From assembly GCA_963714275.1 (NCBI GenBank), contig CAVQNT010000006.1, positions 224,001 through 288,000 on the forward strand: a stretch of 64,000 nt of DNA, in the 5' to 3' direction. A model generated the notes under the pieces. It was not told the DNA's origin. It saw only the letters and a program-made list of their open reading frames with translations, and did not search any database. The position numbers were made by a program, and so were the translations under genes. The first letter of the stretch is position 1; each line of letters starts with the position of its first letter. The DNA is from Candidatus Bathyarchaeota archaeon (GTDB lineage: Archaea > Thermoproteota > Bathyarchaeia > Bathyarchaeales > DTEX01). This document shows positions 15,934-29,068 of this stretch, in pieces.

Positions 15934-17530
15934 ATGATTAATGAACGAAAACAGGAAAACAATGCAGGTGAAAAAGTGGCTTTAAAAGCGCCGTTTATGG
16001 GAACGTCGGGCGGAGTCTCGTCTGAACATCCACTAGCCTCCGTCGCTGGACAAAAGGTTCTGTTAGAAGGCGGCAATGCGTTTGACGCAGCAATCGCCAC
16101 AAGCCTCACGTTGTCTGTCACTCAGCCGCATCTCGGGTCTTTAGGTAGCGACTTATTCGCCTTACTCTATGAAGCTTCAAGCGGAAAAGTTCACTGCATC
16201 AACGCAAGCGGATGGGCTCCCAGAAAGTTGAGCCTGGAAACCTTACGAAGCGAAGGACGAAACAGCATACCAGCAGAGTCGCCTTATTCCGTCGTTGTAC
16301 CAGGCATGATTGACGGATTAAACAAAATCCAACAAAAATTCTGCACCTTTACGTTCAGAAGACTCGCTGAGGATTCTATCATTATTGCAGAGAAAGGATT
16401 TCCTGTTTCCTTCGGTCTTCATAAGGCAATACAACGCAACTCATCCAGATTGACGGAACCGTTAGCGAAAGACCTTTTTTATAAAGGCGGTAAACCGCTT
16501 ACATTAGGCGGATTGCTTGTTCAGAAATCATTAGCTGAAACCCTTAAGAGTGTAGCTTCTGACCCTCGCTTTTTCTATGAAGGACGGATACCTGAAAGAA
16601 TTTGTGAATATCTCGGAGCCAAAGGTGGCGTCCATGGTGTTGACGACTTCGCAGAGTACGAAGCTGAGTATGTTGAGCCCTTAAAAGTTGCTTACAGAGA
16701 TCTCGATGTCTACGAGGTGCCGCCGAACAGTCAAGGGGCAACGACTCTCATGCTCCTTAACATTCTCGAAAACTTCGACATTAACAAGCTGAGGAGCCTT
16801 TAATGATGGAAGGATTCACCTGTTCGTGGAGGCTGCTAAAAAAGCTTATGCGGACAAGAACCTTTACCTTGCTGACCCACGTTTCGTCAAGATACCGTTG
16901 GAAAAGATTCTCGCGAAAGGTCATGCTAAGGAGTTGGCAAGCAGCGTAAAATTTGATGGTATGTCCGATGGGGAGTCTCTGAAGCCTGGGGACACCACTA
17001 ACTTTATAGTTTTCGACAAGTGGGGAAACGTTGTTTCAGCCATCCAGAGCATCTATTACAGTTTCGGGTCAGCCCTTATGGAGCCGAAAACGGGCATCAT
17101 CCTCAATTGCAGGGGGACACACTTTACCCAGACGGGAGCGAACAAGCTTGAGCCGAGGAAGAGACCCTTACACACTCTGTCTTCAGTCATTGCCACGTCC
17201 AAAGAGGAAGAAGTGTTCGCATTTGGAGCCAGCGGCGGAGATTACAGGCCTCAACAGCACGTTTTGTTGTTAACGAACCTTGTTGACTACGGCATGAACT
17301 TGCAGGAAGCCGTTGACGCGCCAAGATTTCTTTGGAACGGAGGCAAACAGGTGATTGTTGAGGCAGGATTCAAGCGACTCCGCAGTTTGAATAAACTTGG
17401 ATTTGAGCTGGTTCGTCAAAAACATCCTGGCGGAACAGGCGTCGCTCACTGCGGTATGAGAAAAGGTAAGGTTACTGTGCTTTCTGCTGACGTAAGAGGA
17501 GACGGGATTCCCATGGGACCGAATACTTAA
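15934..17530 (+). CDS. ggt: Gamma-glutamyltransferase family protein (frameshift at ~16792)
   Basis: GGNAFDAAIA, VVVPG, YEVPPNSQG, GDTTNF (Thr nucleophile), FGSALM...GIILNCRG, PRKRPLHTL. Confidence 0.88.
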
Positions 17531-17611
17531 TTCTGTCTTGTCCATGATTAGGCTGTTTAGAACAACGTTTTTAAACGAACCGTGTATTAAGTTGCAGCTG
17601 GTGGAATAGAA

Positions 17612-18176
17612 ATGCACATAGCAATTTGCGGAGAATTAGGCTCAGGATGCACCGAAGTAGGTCAGATACTTTCTGAAATGCTTGGAATAAAAGTCATTAA
17701 CTCAGCTACCGTCATAAAAAGTATAGTGACTGATTTTGGAGCCGTCAATCCCGGCGAGTCTTTTGGTGAATTTGAAAGGCACGTGCTTTCAGGCGAGGTG
17801 GATTTGGACAAGATGATTGCGGGCGAAATTGATGATTTTTTGGAACAGGGCGACACAATAGTGGAAGGTCGGTCAGCGTTTATGCTCCTAAGAAAACCCG
17901 GAGTCTTGAAGGTTCTTTTAGTTTCCCCGCTTGAAACAAGAGTTGAGCACATAGCGAAGAGACGAAAAATATTCATCGACGAAGCTTAAAGAGGCTATTC
18001 GGGTAAGCGACAGTGAAAGGCAACACATGGTTGACAAACTGTTTAAAAGCAACTGGCTTGACCCGCACAATTACGATTTAATTATCAACACTGGCTTAAG
18101 AAGCCATAAGGAAGCTGCAGAACAAATATACGATGACGTAAAAAAGAAAAAGGCTGCTTCTTCAAGTCCCTTGTAA
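17612..18176 (+). CDS. Cytidylate kinase-like protein (frameshift at ~17987)
   Basis: IAICGELGSGCTEVG P-loop variant, IVEGR, RVEHIAKR; repaired C-terminus ...WLDPHNYDLIINT... Confidence 0.75.
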
Positions 18177-18233
18177 CGTATAATCCCTTTTTTCAGTTAA
18201 AAACAAATATGCAATGTCCATTGATGACCAAAT

Positions 18234-18999
18234 ATGGTTTATTATGTAACTTATAGACCTCCGCTTGACCTAGAAATCCGTAGACAAGTAGAGGAACAAC
18301 TCAATACCTTGGGCGGCAGGCAGATACACGGGTCTTTCTGGGCAATCAGCAAACGGGACTTGTTGGCAGTTAGAACCGTCCTCCAGAAACTTTCACCTTT
18401 ACTTCTGAGAAGAACGCGCGAAATAAGGAAGCCGGACCTTGCGAACGGAAAAGAGCAGAAAGAACTTGGCAGCCTCATCATCATAGCATACAAAGCCACC
18501 AAAGACATGAAGAAGGAAAAAGTGAGAAACTGGCTTAGGAGAGCGCCATGTTTACGTTTAAGCCCCGGAGTGTATGCGTTTCCGCAGCGGCGGTTCTTTG
18601 ACAAGACTGGAAGGCTTGTGAATGCTGGCAGCTTCTGGGAGCTGAGTTCGACAGTTCGATGAAGACGCAGTCATAATTCCTCGGCTGGTCGTCGTTAACA
18701 CAAAGGCTGTTGACAGACTCATAGACGAAACTGGAAGGCGGGTCGTAAAGGAGACAATAAAAATCATTGAAGGATACAAAACTTTATTTAAAAAGGCAAT
18801 TCAAGACGACGTTAATAGGCAACATATGGTGGAAATTGCACGAAGGATCAGAAGAAGGTTCGTGACCTTAAAAAAAGTTGCCGCCATCTACGAGGAATGG
18901 CTGAAACTGGACCTTGGTTCAACGGTGATGAAGCCTTATCCTGCAATGAGGAAAGTCCGCTTAATGCTCGAAGAGAAATACGGCACACCCAGTTGGTGA
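18234..18999 (+). CDS. Hypothetical protein with two Cas2/ChrB-N/PaaX-like repeats and a helical C-terminus (frameshift at ~18644)
   Basis: ORF 18234-18662 continues in the next frame (VRQFDEDAVIIPRLVVVN...EEKYGTPSW) to TGA at 18997-18999. Confidence 0.55.
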
Positions 19000-19221
19000 A
19001 AAGCAGCCTTGTTTTTTCATCATGCCATTTTCGTAGCAATTTCGTGTCCTTTGACTTCGTCTTTCAGGAATCGACCGATGAACATTCAACGATATAAACC
19101 TTCATACTTGGTGTGGAAGGGCTTACTTTATGGTTTATATAGTTTATTTTTTAAATTCAGTGTTAATAATACACCAATAGAAACGTTATGTAGCTACTGA
19201 ATTTTGTGGGAAGGTTGCATC

Positions 19222-20560
19222 ATGAAACATTATGACGTTGTCGTGATCGGTGCAGGAACCGGAGGGTGCATGACCGCTAAAACAGCTGCTTCAGCGGGAC
19301 TCAAGGTTTGCTTGGTTGACAGAAAAGACAGAAACTCGATTGGGCAAAAAGTCTGCGGCGATGCCGTTGGGAGACACCATTTTGACAACCTAGGCTTAGC
19401 GTATCCGGCTGGGCAAGAGAAGGAAGGCGACATTTCGGGAATAAACATTTTTTCTCCCGACCAACAAACAGCGTTCAGAATTACTGGAGAAGGGCTAACG
19501 GGATTCATGATTAACCGTTACCTTTTTGGACAGAGGCTTTTAAGATACGCCTTGGACGCGGGAGCTGAACTGTTCGATTCAACTCATGTTTTGGAGCCAA
19601 TCGTCGAAAAAGGATACGTTAAAGGCGTTGAGACGCGAAGCCTAAAAGACGAAACAAAAACCAAACTAACAGGCACGGTCACAGTAGACGCAAGCGGCGT
19701 ATCAGCCATTGTTCGAGGCAAGCTGCCACCAGAGGTTGGGTTAGAAAACAACGTCCAAAGCGAAGACATGATAGTCTGTTACAGGGAAATACGCAAAATA
19801 AAGAAGAAAGTCGAAGAACCCGACTATTGCGAGATTTTCTTGGACCTTGAGAAGGCGCCAGGCGGCTATTACTGGATTTTCCCAGAAGGCGAAACAAAAG
19901 TTAACGTTGGACTCGGAGTCGCTGCTCTGAAGGGGCATCCAAATCCCAAAGACAAACTATACAAGCATGTTCTCACGATGCCCATGTTTGAAGGCTCCAC
20001 GGTCACCCATGGCGGAGGAGGCATAGTCCCAACAAGGAGACCCCTCTATTCTCTCGTCGGAAACGGCGTAGTCCTCGTTGGCGACACGGGCTGCCAAGTC
20101 AACCCCATTCACGGCGGAGGAATCGGTCCCTCAATGATGGGCGGAAAAATCAGCTGCTGAAGTCATCACCGAAGTTCTAGAAAAAAGTCAGCCTACCTGC
20201 GAAGCTTTGTGGTTAGTTAACGTCCGTTTCATGAACGGCTACGGGAGCAAGCAGGCGGGGTTGGACGTTTTCCGTTTGTTCCTTCAGGGATTGTCCAACG
20301 ATGACCTGAATTACGGAATGAGGTACCGCCTAATCAAAGAAGAAGACGTTTTAAGGGCAAGCTTGGGCGAAGAAATCAAGTTGAACGTGACGGACACAAC
20401 TCGGCGAGTCTTCAATGGGCTGGGCAGGCTGTCATTCCTGAAGGCATTGTATAGTATGAAGAAGACAGTCAAGAGAGCAAAAACTCTATACAAAGAATAC
20501 CCAAGTTCACCCCAAGGACTACAAAAATGGAAAACACAAGCTGCGAAGATATTCGTATAA
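19222..20560 (+). CDS. Geranylgeranyl reductase family flavoprotein (frameshift at ~20151)
   Basis: YDVVVIGAGTGG, KVCGDA, PGGYYWIFP, VLVGDTGCQVNPIHGGGI. Confidence 0.88.
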
Positions 20561-20816
20561 AATTCCTTCACATACAACTGCCACCGCCTGCATATGTTTG
20601 TACCCCAAAACAACAGAATGGATACGATATAAAAAAGACAAGTCTTAGACAATATTGTTTGTTGTTTTATTGCATATTCGGATAATTAATAAATCAGAAA
20701 TAGTATCAATAAAAAGTCCATAATCTAAAAAAACCTACTCAGACATTGAAAATGCAGAAAACAGAATTCTGTTATTTTTTTATATATCTATTGTGTTTAT
20801 TTTTTAGGGATCCAGA

Positions 20817-21709
20817 TTGAGGGTCAGAAGAGCTTCAGCTTGGGGATTTCACCCTTTCGACCATGAAGGAGAACGAAGTGAGGTAGAACGGTGTTTCAAG
20901 TCGAAGCAAGGCGTCGGCGAGCTGCCCAAAGCTTCCATGCATGGAGAGAGACGAATAATCGGAGCCGTGGTCCCTCACGCGGGATTAACTTACTCAGGAC
21001 CGATTGCTGCACACACCTACTATGAACTGGGGAAGGACGGAACCCCAGAAACCTTCGTCATCGTTGGAGTAAACCACAGAGGCTACCCGGGCTTTAACAT
21101 TATGCTTGAGGGAGTATGGCGGATGCCCATGGGCGACGTAGAAGTGGACTCGGACCTTGCGAAAGAAATAGCCCGAAATTCAGGGTTCATGGACATCAAC
21201 CCGGACGCCCATGACGAGGAGCACTCCATCGAGGTTCACTGCCATTTCTCCAATACGTCTACGGCGGAAACTTCAAAATTGTCCCAATAACCGTGGGCTA
21301 TGGAGATTACGAAATGTGCAAAGACGTTGGCAACGCAATAGCAAAAGCGGTCAAGAACAAACAAAAAGACGTTGTCGTGATTGGAAGCACCGACTTCATT
21401 CATTACGGACCTAACTATGGTTACGCTCCTGTCGGAATGAAGCCTTTTGAGAAAGCACTGAAATGGATGAACGACGCGGACAAATCCATCATTGACACGA
21501 TACTAGCGCTTGACGCAGAGAAACTGGTCAACCTTGTCCAAGAAAAGGGCTACACGATGTGTGGTTCTCTTCCAGTCGCCACAATGATGGTCGCAACCAA
21601 GGAACTATGCGCAAAAGAAGCTAGGCTCCTCAAGTACGGAACAGACTACGACACAGGCGGAAGCACAGACCTCATCGTGGGATATGCATCCATCGTCATA
21701 TTAAAGTAA
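20817..21709 (+). CDS. MEMO1-family protein (AmmeMemoRadiSam protein B; frameshift at ~21239)
   Basis: VPHAGLTYSG, GVNH, EEHSIEVQLPFLQ after repair, STDFIHYG, TMCG, IVGYASI. Confidence 0.88.
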
Positions 21710-21733
21710 AAAAAGCAAAAAGACAAAAACGCT

Positions 21734-22943
21734 TCAGCAGACAGGCATTTTTCCCATGGCAAGGTCCATGCAGAATTTGTCTATGTTTTCAAGCTCGTAG
21801 TCGACGACTTTTTCGGCTTCCTTCCTAATCTTTTCAAAAGCTGCACGGTTATCTGGGATTAGCTGCACAGCCGCAACTGCGGGCTGGTCAATAGGTTGCC
21901 CTATTTTGCTCAACAACCAAACATAAACTTCCTTCACGCCTGGAACCTGCTGATGAACCTCGTTCGCCATCCGATGAGTCAAAAGATTATAGATTTTCCC
22001 CACATGACTAACAGGATTCTTCCCAGCCGCAGCCTCAGAACATTGAGGTCTGTTAAGCGAAATTAATCCATTTACTCTGTTTCCTCTTCCTACTTGTCCT
22101 GAGTCGACTCCGTCTGCGCTTGTACCGAGTACAGTTAAGTAGATTCCGTCTATGCCTCTGCCGGGAGTGTCTAAGGTGTTCAGCTGCACCTGTATCTTGG
22201 CAAAGTTATTGTTTTCTTTAACGAACTGAGTTATGCGTTCGAGAATTTCGCCTTTCTTCCCGAAATATTGTTTTTCGTCATCGATGAAACGGTCAACGAA
22301 AGCTATGGAGATTATCGAGCTCCAATTCATCGTCTTTCCGGAGACCCATCACCTTAACATCCTCCCCGGACTCAGGAAACCTCTTCTTAAACTCTTTTGA
22401 GTTCACGTAATTCTCCGTTTTAAATACAGCCATCTCCGTCTTAGTCAGTGGTGCCCATCCTACAGCCGCCGAAGTATCATTCGCTTCGAGGACCTTTCCG
22501 CCTCTTCTGAAAATGTCTGTGAGCGCAGATGAACCGGGCCGAATCTCCACCTGATAAACCACGTGCTTGCTGGGGTCCACGAACCTCAGGTTTTTCTTAA
22601 GCCAGTCTTTCGCTGTCTGAACCGCGATTTCTTCAACGGGGATTTCGTCTCCGTCCACTTTATAGGTTGCTCTGTCTCCGAAAATCAGCTTCATCGGCTT
22701 CTTCATTACGCCACCTTTGAACCGTGTTTCAACCTCTCCAGCTACCAAGAGAGACTTGTCTATGTTGTGATGCAGTATGGTTCCCGCTTTTTTGAGGTAT
22801 TCTTTGCTCAGGCTGACTGAAACCTCGTTCATTATGCTGTCGCACATTGTGTCTGGGTGTCCGAGTCCCTTTCGCTCAACCACCTCAATCCTCTGATTTT
22901 GTAACGGGACCTGTTTTAAAGCTGCAACGATTATGTTCCTCAT
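21734..22943 (-). CDS. mat: Archaeal S-adenosylmethionine synthetase (frameshift at ~22318)
   Basis: EVVERKGLGHPDTMCD, ANDTS, GEDVKVMG, YLTVLGTSA, GRGNRVNGLI, AAGKNPVSHVGKIYN. Confidence 0.93.
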
Positions 22944-23136
22944 TGAAGATTCACCAATCCAATTTTCCATGAGATAATAACTTCTTTAAATATATATTTT
23001 ACGGAATAAAAACTTCATGAAACATGCATTATTATATATTTATCTTTCGTGTTTATCAAGAAATAGCTCTGACCAACAGAAAAGCTGATATGAACATAAC
23101 GCATATACACCATATAAAATAACTGGGGGTTATTGT

Positions 23137-23695
23137 TTGCCCATTACTGGTTCCCTATTGAAGAAGAAACGGCTCGTATCAAATTTAACGCAAAGTCAAC
23201 TGGCAAAGTTGGTCGGAGTGTCACAGGCTCACATATCGAAGATAGAAGGCGAAAAAGTTGACCCAAGACTGTCCACGGTGAACAAAATATTAGAAATTCT
23301 CGAGGGCGGAAAAGGACGAAAATGCGGAGAAATCATGACCCGAGACGTAATCACCACTCACCCAAAGGACAGGATTCAGGAAGCAAGCGAAACCATGGTT
23401 AGACACGCCGTTTCCCAATTACCAATCGTCGAAGATGGAAGAGTCGTCGGCATGATTACTGAAGAGGCAATCGTGAAAAATTTAGATCCGAACATCAGCT
23501 AATGAACATATTGAAAACATCATGGAGCCGCCTCTTCCTAGCGTACCAGAAGACACAGACATGACAATGATAAGACCTTTACTTGAAAAGAACTCCGGAG
23601 TTTTAGTAACTAAACAAGGAAAACTGGTCGGCATTATAACCCGTTCAGACCTGTTAAAGGTTATTTCAAGTATAGTTTCTGGAACTGTAACATAG
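23137..23695 (+). CDS. XRE-HTH plus CBS-pair transcriptional regulator (frameshift at ~23496)
   Basis: LTQSQLAKLVGVSQAHISKIE...DPRLST; CBS motifs SQLPIVE and GIITRSDLLK. Confidence 0.85.
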
Positions 23696-23788
23696 TTTCA
23701 GGTTGCGTCAAGTCTATTTTTTGGTTTCACAATTACTTTTTTTTAAAATCATAATGAAGACGTCTAAATTAACCCTCGTTGTAGCTTC

Positions 23789-25484
23789 CTAGCCTATGTA
23801 CTTGTTGACTATAGGCATCTTCCATCCGATTCCGAAAGCCTGTTTTGTGATTTTTATGCAAGGAACCGCCTGCCACCTTTTGTATTCAGTCCTTCTTATT
23901 CTTCTATAAACGTCATCGACCACGGTTTCGGGATAACCCTTCTCGACCAGTTCTTTTCTGCTTCTATGATGTTCGATTATTTCGTCAACCATGGGGCTGA
24001 CAACATCAAAGTCGAAAGGATCAAACTGACTTTCTTTTAGCTCAGGCGACGGCTTTTTATTAAACACATTCTCAGGAATCACTTTTCGACCAGCCTTTTC
24101 ATTAACATATTCAGCGAGTTGTAAACATCGAGCTTACTCACATCCCCAAGTGCCCCCAACCCGCCAGCCATGTCTCCGTAAAGTGTACAGTATCCCAACG
24201 CAAGTTCAGTTTTGTTTCCCGTGTTTAACACTAAAATTCTCAAAGATTTCAGACGGTTCGAAACATCCATGAGGCAGTTTCCTCTTGCCCTAGGCTGGAT
24301 GTTTTCGTCTGCAATCGGGTCATCCTCTAATTTGTCAACTCCAAAATGTTTTCTAATCGCTTCAAGGGGTTCCTCAAGCGTCCTTTTATAGCTCTCAACA
24401 ATAGCCTGTACTGGAAATTTGATGAAACAGATTCCCAGATTGTTCGCTAGCTTTTCCGCATCAGTCTTGCTGTGTTCACTTGAAAACTTCGACGGCATAG
24501 AAACGCCAATGACGTTTTCTCCACCCAAGGCTTCAACCGCTATACAAGTTGTCAATGACGAATCGATTCCGCCACTCATTCCCACAACGGCTTTCTTAAA
24601 ACCAGTTTTTCTATAATAGTCACGAATACCCAATACTAACGCGTTGAATTTTTCTTCTTCTCCGTTGTATTTTGGAATACTTACTTCTGATGCTGTCCAG
24701 TTTTCTGGGTCAATCTGGACGGTCACTATGTCCTCTTGGAATTGTTTACCAAACGCAATAAAGTTTCCCTCAGCGTCCACAGCCAGGCTTTGCCCATCAA
24801 AAACAAGTTCGTCTTGACCGCCAACAAGGTTAACATATACTATAGGGACATGCAGTTTTTGGGCTTTTTCTTTTAACAGTTTTTCGCGTTCAAAATTTTT
24901 TCCACCGTAGAAGGGTGATGCTGAAATATTGACAATCAACTGTGCTCCACGTTCAACAAGAATGTCAGTTACTTTTATTCTGTATTCTTGGTCCCACAGG
25001 TCTTCGCAGATTTCAACACCGAGCTTGACTTTCTACCATTTATGAGTACTTCAACTGGTTTGATATCTTCTTCCTTATTAGGCGTGAAATATCTGTCCTC
25101 ATCAAAAACATCATAGGTCGGTAACAATGTCTTGTAAACAACGCCAGCTAAATTATGTCCCTGAAAAACTGCTGCAGCATTGAACAAGTTTCCGTTTAGG
25201 TCTTGGTCAACAAAACCAACAATAATGATTTCATTGGAGTTTTCTGAAATAATCTTATTTACTAATTTTCTGTTCTCTTCGATAAATGTTTTTTCAAACA
25301 AGAGATCCTGAGGCGGATAACCTGTGACCGCAAGTTCAGGAAAAATAACAATGTCAGCCCCATATTTTAGAGCATTATCCAAGAATTTTTTCATTTTTTG
25401 TACGTTACCAGTCAAGTCGCCTACTGTTGAATTAATTTGAACCATTCCTACTTTCAATTGATTTTGGATTTCAGTAACCTCCAT
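23789..25484 (-). CDS. nadE: Glutamine-dependent NAD+ synthetase (2 frameshifts)
   Basis: Nitrilase-like N-domain (FPELAVTGYPP, K-LLPTYDVFDE, ICEDLW, SASPF) and synthetase domain (GMSGGIDS, ENIQPRARG, TGNKTELALGYCTLYGD, PSPELK, EYKRWQ). Confidence 0.93.
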
Positions 25485-25560
25485 TCATCATTGCTTATTT
25501 CGATAAATAGGAGACTGCCATATTTATCAGGTTTATTAGTAGTTATTGGTTGCCTAAAAT

Positions 25561-26501
25561 TCATGATGCGTAAACAGTCTGGATTATCAGTATTACTAAA
25601 TAGATGACGAATAAAATGATTCCATGCTTTTTCGTAAGTTTTCTTTTTGTGTTTGCTACTAGGAAGAAAAGTGTCATAGTCATGAAAATCATCGGTACCA
25701 TGGATATGAGCAGCTCTCTTGGCGAAATGTAAAATGGATTAAGTATGCCCGTTATTCCAAGTACCACAAATATTGTGAACATGTTGTCTCCTAACGAGTT
25801 GCTCACGCATATGCTTCCATGTCCTTTATGCGCAGCGACGATTGATACTGAAATTTCTGGAAGCACTGATCCTAGTGCCATGATCGTAAGTGCAACATAA
25901 AACTTCGAAATACCAAGGATCTCAGCAAAGCTTAGGGAAGACATGACGATCATTACGCAGCCTACAAGTAGAAAACTTCCTCCAAGAAGAAAGTTAAAAA
26001 TTATCTCCCTGTTGCTTTTGGAGCATTTTGTTTCTTCCACAGATATTTCATCATGGTTGTTGCCCCATTTTATAACGTATACTACATAGGCAACATAGCA
26101 AATCAACAACACTGCGCCCTTCCACGCATTCATCTGTCCGTCTATGACGAGAAGGGTTGAAAACAGTTCTGCTATAAGTAATGTCAAACAGACTTTTTTG
26201 GCAAATTTTTCATAGCTTAAAACAGTGAACAATGCAGGTAAGCCAATGGCAAGTGGAATATTGTGTATGTTGGTTCCTACTAGGTTTCCAAAACCTATGC
26301 TTGCAGATTCGTAGTAAACGCTATACACAGTTGAAAAAGCTCTGGTATCGCGGTTATTAAGGAAAAGAAAATAGCGCCCACTGCTACACCAGTTAAAACA
26401 AACTTAGAGGCTATGTCGTTTCCAGAGTGTTCAGTTCTCTTGCTCCCATGGAATATCAGCAAGAGTCCAGCTACGAATAGAATAATATCCAGCGCCAACA
26501 T
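25561..26501 (-). CDS. Na+/Ca2+ exchanger (YrbG-like) antiporter (frameshift at ~26335)
   Basis: Two alpha-repeats, TAIPE...GNLVGTNIHNI and GSVLPE...SNSLGDNMFTI; about 10 TM segments. Confidence 0.82.
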
Positions 26502-26525
26502 AAACGGCTAAGTCCTCCCCTATCT

Positions 26526-28075
26526 TCATTTCACCGATTTTCCTCTTGGTTCCTTGCCAGGATAGGGTAATAGAGCGGAAGGTGCTGTTCTCGAGTTTAT
26601 CACGAAGTAGTGTGACACCCACTATCGCCCATACTACAGTACCTGCTATTGCCACGAATGCTGCCCATTGAGTCATACCGCCACCAAGAATACCGAGCCA
26701 GATGACAGCGATCAGCATCGCTATGTTGGTTGCAGCGCCGAGGTTGGGGATTATCCTGCGAATGAAAACTGAACCGCGTTCTTTGGCTAAGGCAAAGAAA
26801 GCCACAGCATTAGTCAACCCGTAAAGCAAGAAAGTTCCAACATTTGATAAGTAGGGTGACTGCGGTTAAGTTGGCAATGGAAAGTACACCGAATCCTCCT
26901 ATAACCGCTGACACGACTGTTAGCATCGCCACGCACATGTGTGGAGTGCCACGCTTGGAATGCAATTTGCCAAATGCTCGAGGTAGTTCACCTTCAAGAC
27001 CCATCGCGTAGGAAACTCGAACCCCTGTGTTCGTGCAAGCAAGAGTAGTACCTAAGATTGCAGCTGCGACTGCTACGGCTACGACCAACATAAGTTCGAG
27101 ACCATGACCACCTAAGAGGACATCTCCTAGGGTACGAACCATGTCCCCCATGGGAGCACTTGACCGTGCAGCTGCAGCGAATCCAGTATAAGTCTGACCG
27201 TTAACGACTACCTTGTAGCTATCGTTAATCCAAGCTTGGGATCCAAAGTACTCGAAGAGATAAAAAAGCAGTCCTTGAATGACTAATGCGAGTATCACAC
27301 CGCGAGAGACATCGCTGGGTTTTTTGGCTTCCGCCATTAGAGCAGTGGCTGATTCGAATCCGACAAGGACCAGGATAGCGATGGACGCTTGAAAAAGCAC
27401 ATGACTGGCGTCGTGAGGTAATATGATAGCGCTAGGGTCTGAAAAAATGAAGGTCACTTGTTGCGGGTTTGCAAAACGGTAAATTAACGCTAATACTGTT
27501 ACACCCACAATCATGATCCACTGCACAACATTGAGAGTCACATTCACGATGGTCGATGCGTTAATTCCACGATAGGCTATGAAGCCTGCTAAAACCGAAA
27601 ATGCCACTGCAATGCCTATTTGAAGAACGGGAGAGACCGTAAAACCGAACGTTTGCAGGATGAAGGAGAGGAAAACAGCCATAAAAGCAACCATTACACC
27701 CGGATAGATCCAATAATAGAGGTGAGAAAGCCAGCCGAGAGTAAACTTCGCCATACGTGCAGTCTTACCGCTAGTACCTCTATCGAGGAACGCCTTAACA
27801 GTAAAAGTATACGAACTGCCAGTGCCAGTATCAGGGTAACGGCGTGCCAGCATCGCATATGAAGCAGCAGTCAGAAATGAAATGACCAAAGCCGCTACTA
27901 GCCCGAACCACATGTCAGGCGCCGTTGATGCTCCAGTAGGATCTGTCTGAGCTGCTTGAACTTGGTAGGTTATCCACAGAAATGCGCCTGGTGCGATTAG
28001 TGCCATAGCGTTCATGGTTACGCCTACGAGTCCTAGGGTCTTCTTCATGCCTGCGCTGGTTTCATTCTGGCTCAT
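26526..28075 (-). CDS. APC-superfamily amino acid permease (2 frameshifts)
   Basis: KKTLGL, PDTGTGSSYTF, LVLVGFES, RVSYAMG...GELP...KLH...TPH; repaired C-terminus YFVINSRTAPSALLPYPGKEPRGKSVK. Confidence 0.85.
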
Positions 28076-28345
28076 TCGAGGTTCACCGCATGATCATCTC
28101 TGGTCGTTAAACGTCTCAGAAATTTGGTTTGTTTCGTCTGGTTTACACTTACAACCTATTCTTCTAGATGCAGATCTTCCCTTGTTTTCTTTCTTGACAA
28201 CAAGGTGTAATCAAGAAATGCTAAAGTTAATGAAGTCACGCCTACACCTATAATGAATAGAGTTGTTAGGTCAAACATTTTTTATTCACCAATCTGATTT
28301 TCCTATTTTTCTTTTCCACTGCATTCAATATTTCATTAGTTACAC

Positions 28346-28359
28346 TGAATAATTATTCA
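28346..28359. promoter_or_regulatory. Perfect 14-bp palindrome TGAATAATTATTCA, candidate regulator site upstream of the permease
   Basis: TGAAT-N4-ATTCA also occurs at 29566-29579; a related TGAAATTTTCA lies at 28378-28388. Confidence 0.5.
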
Positions 28360-28436
28360 TCAATATAAACCTAATTGTGAAATTTTCATAAAGATTATGA
28401 AAAAATATGAATAAAAAAAGTTCCAAAAAAAGTGAA

Positions 28437-28982
28437 TTACTTACTTTTAGCCGTAATTCTTATTTTTGCGATATTTTCCTTTATCTCAACCTTTAAACCC
28501 GTAACTGAAAGAAATTCCTCAATAAACATCTTAACAAATTTCCTAGTTATTTCAGATCCCAAAACCAATGTGAAATCATTTTCCGAGTTTTTGGTTAATC
28601 TGAAGAAGTTACAGGTTTCCAAGCGTTTTAAAAGATCTTCTAGGGAACTAACTTTGTGTCTGAGTTGTTCCGCATGGGACCTGGCTACTTCTCTGTGCTT
28701 TTGCCAAAAGTACTCTTTTTCGGGCGAGGATTCGACAAGATTTAGAAAGAGAAGCCAGTGATCAACATCTAAAATTACGTGTTCGCCTGAAAGAAGCATA
28801 TCCATGTAACAATGAAGCTTCTCTTTGTTTTCAGGGTCAACCAGCGCTTTATTTTCCTGATAAGACCGCAGAGCTTTCCTTACCAATTCACTCTGAGAAG
28901 TTCTCATCTCCATAACCAAATTCTCGAATAGAGTGTTCGTCTCGCTGTCCAATGCGACTGTTACTCTCTTCGGGTTCCTCAT
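28437..28982 (-). CDS. Ribbon-helix-helix (CopG-family) regulator with a C-terminal domain
   Basis: RVTVALD...SQSELVRKAL RHH pattern at the N-terminus. Confidence 0.75.
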   Translation of the reverse strand: MRNPKRVTVALDSETNTLFENLVMEMRTSQSELVRKALRSYQENKALVDPENKEKLHCYMDMLLSGEHVILDVDHWLLFLNLVESSPEKEYFWQKHREVARSHAEQLRHKVSSLEDLLKRLETCNFFRLTKNSENDFTLVLGSEITRKFVKMFIEEFLSVTGLKVEIKENIAKIRITAKSK

Positions 28983-29068
28983 TGCAAAGCACTCATAGAT
29001 TGACTGAATCCGCATTTCTCTGGGTTTTTTGTAAAAACCGCCTTCTGCCTTACATTTTGTTATTTCTT

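Noticed and set aside
18234-18999. CRISPR-Cas locus around the Cas2-like ORF
   Set aside because: No repeat-spacer array and no other cas genes in the window.
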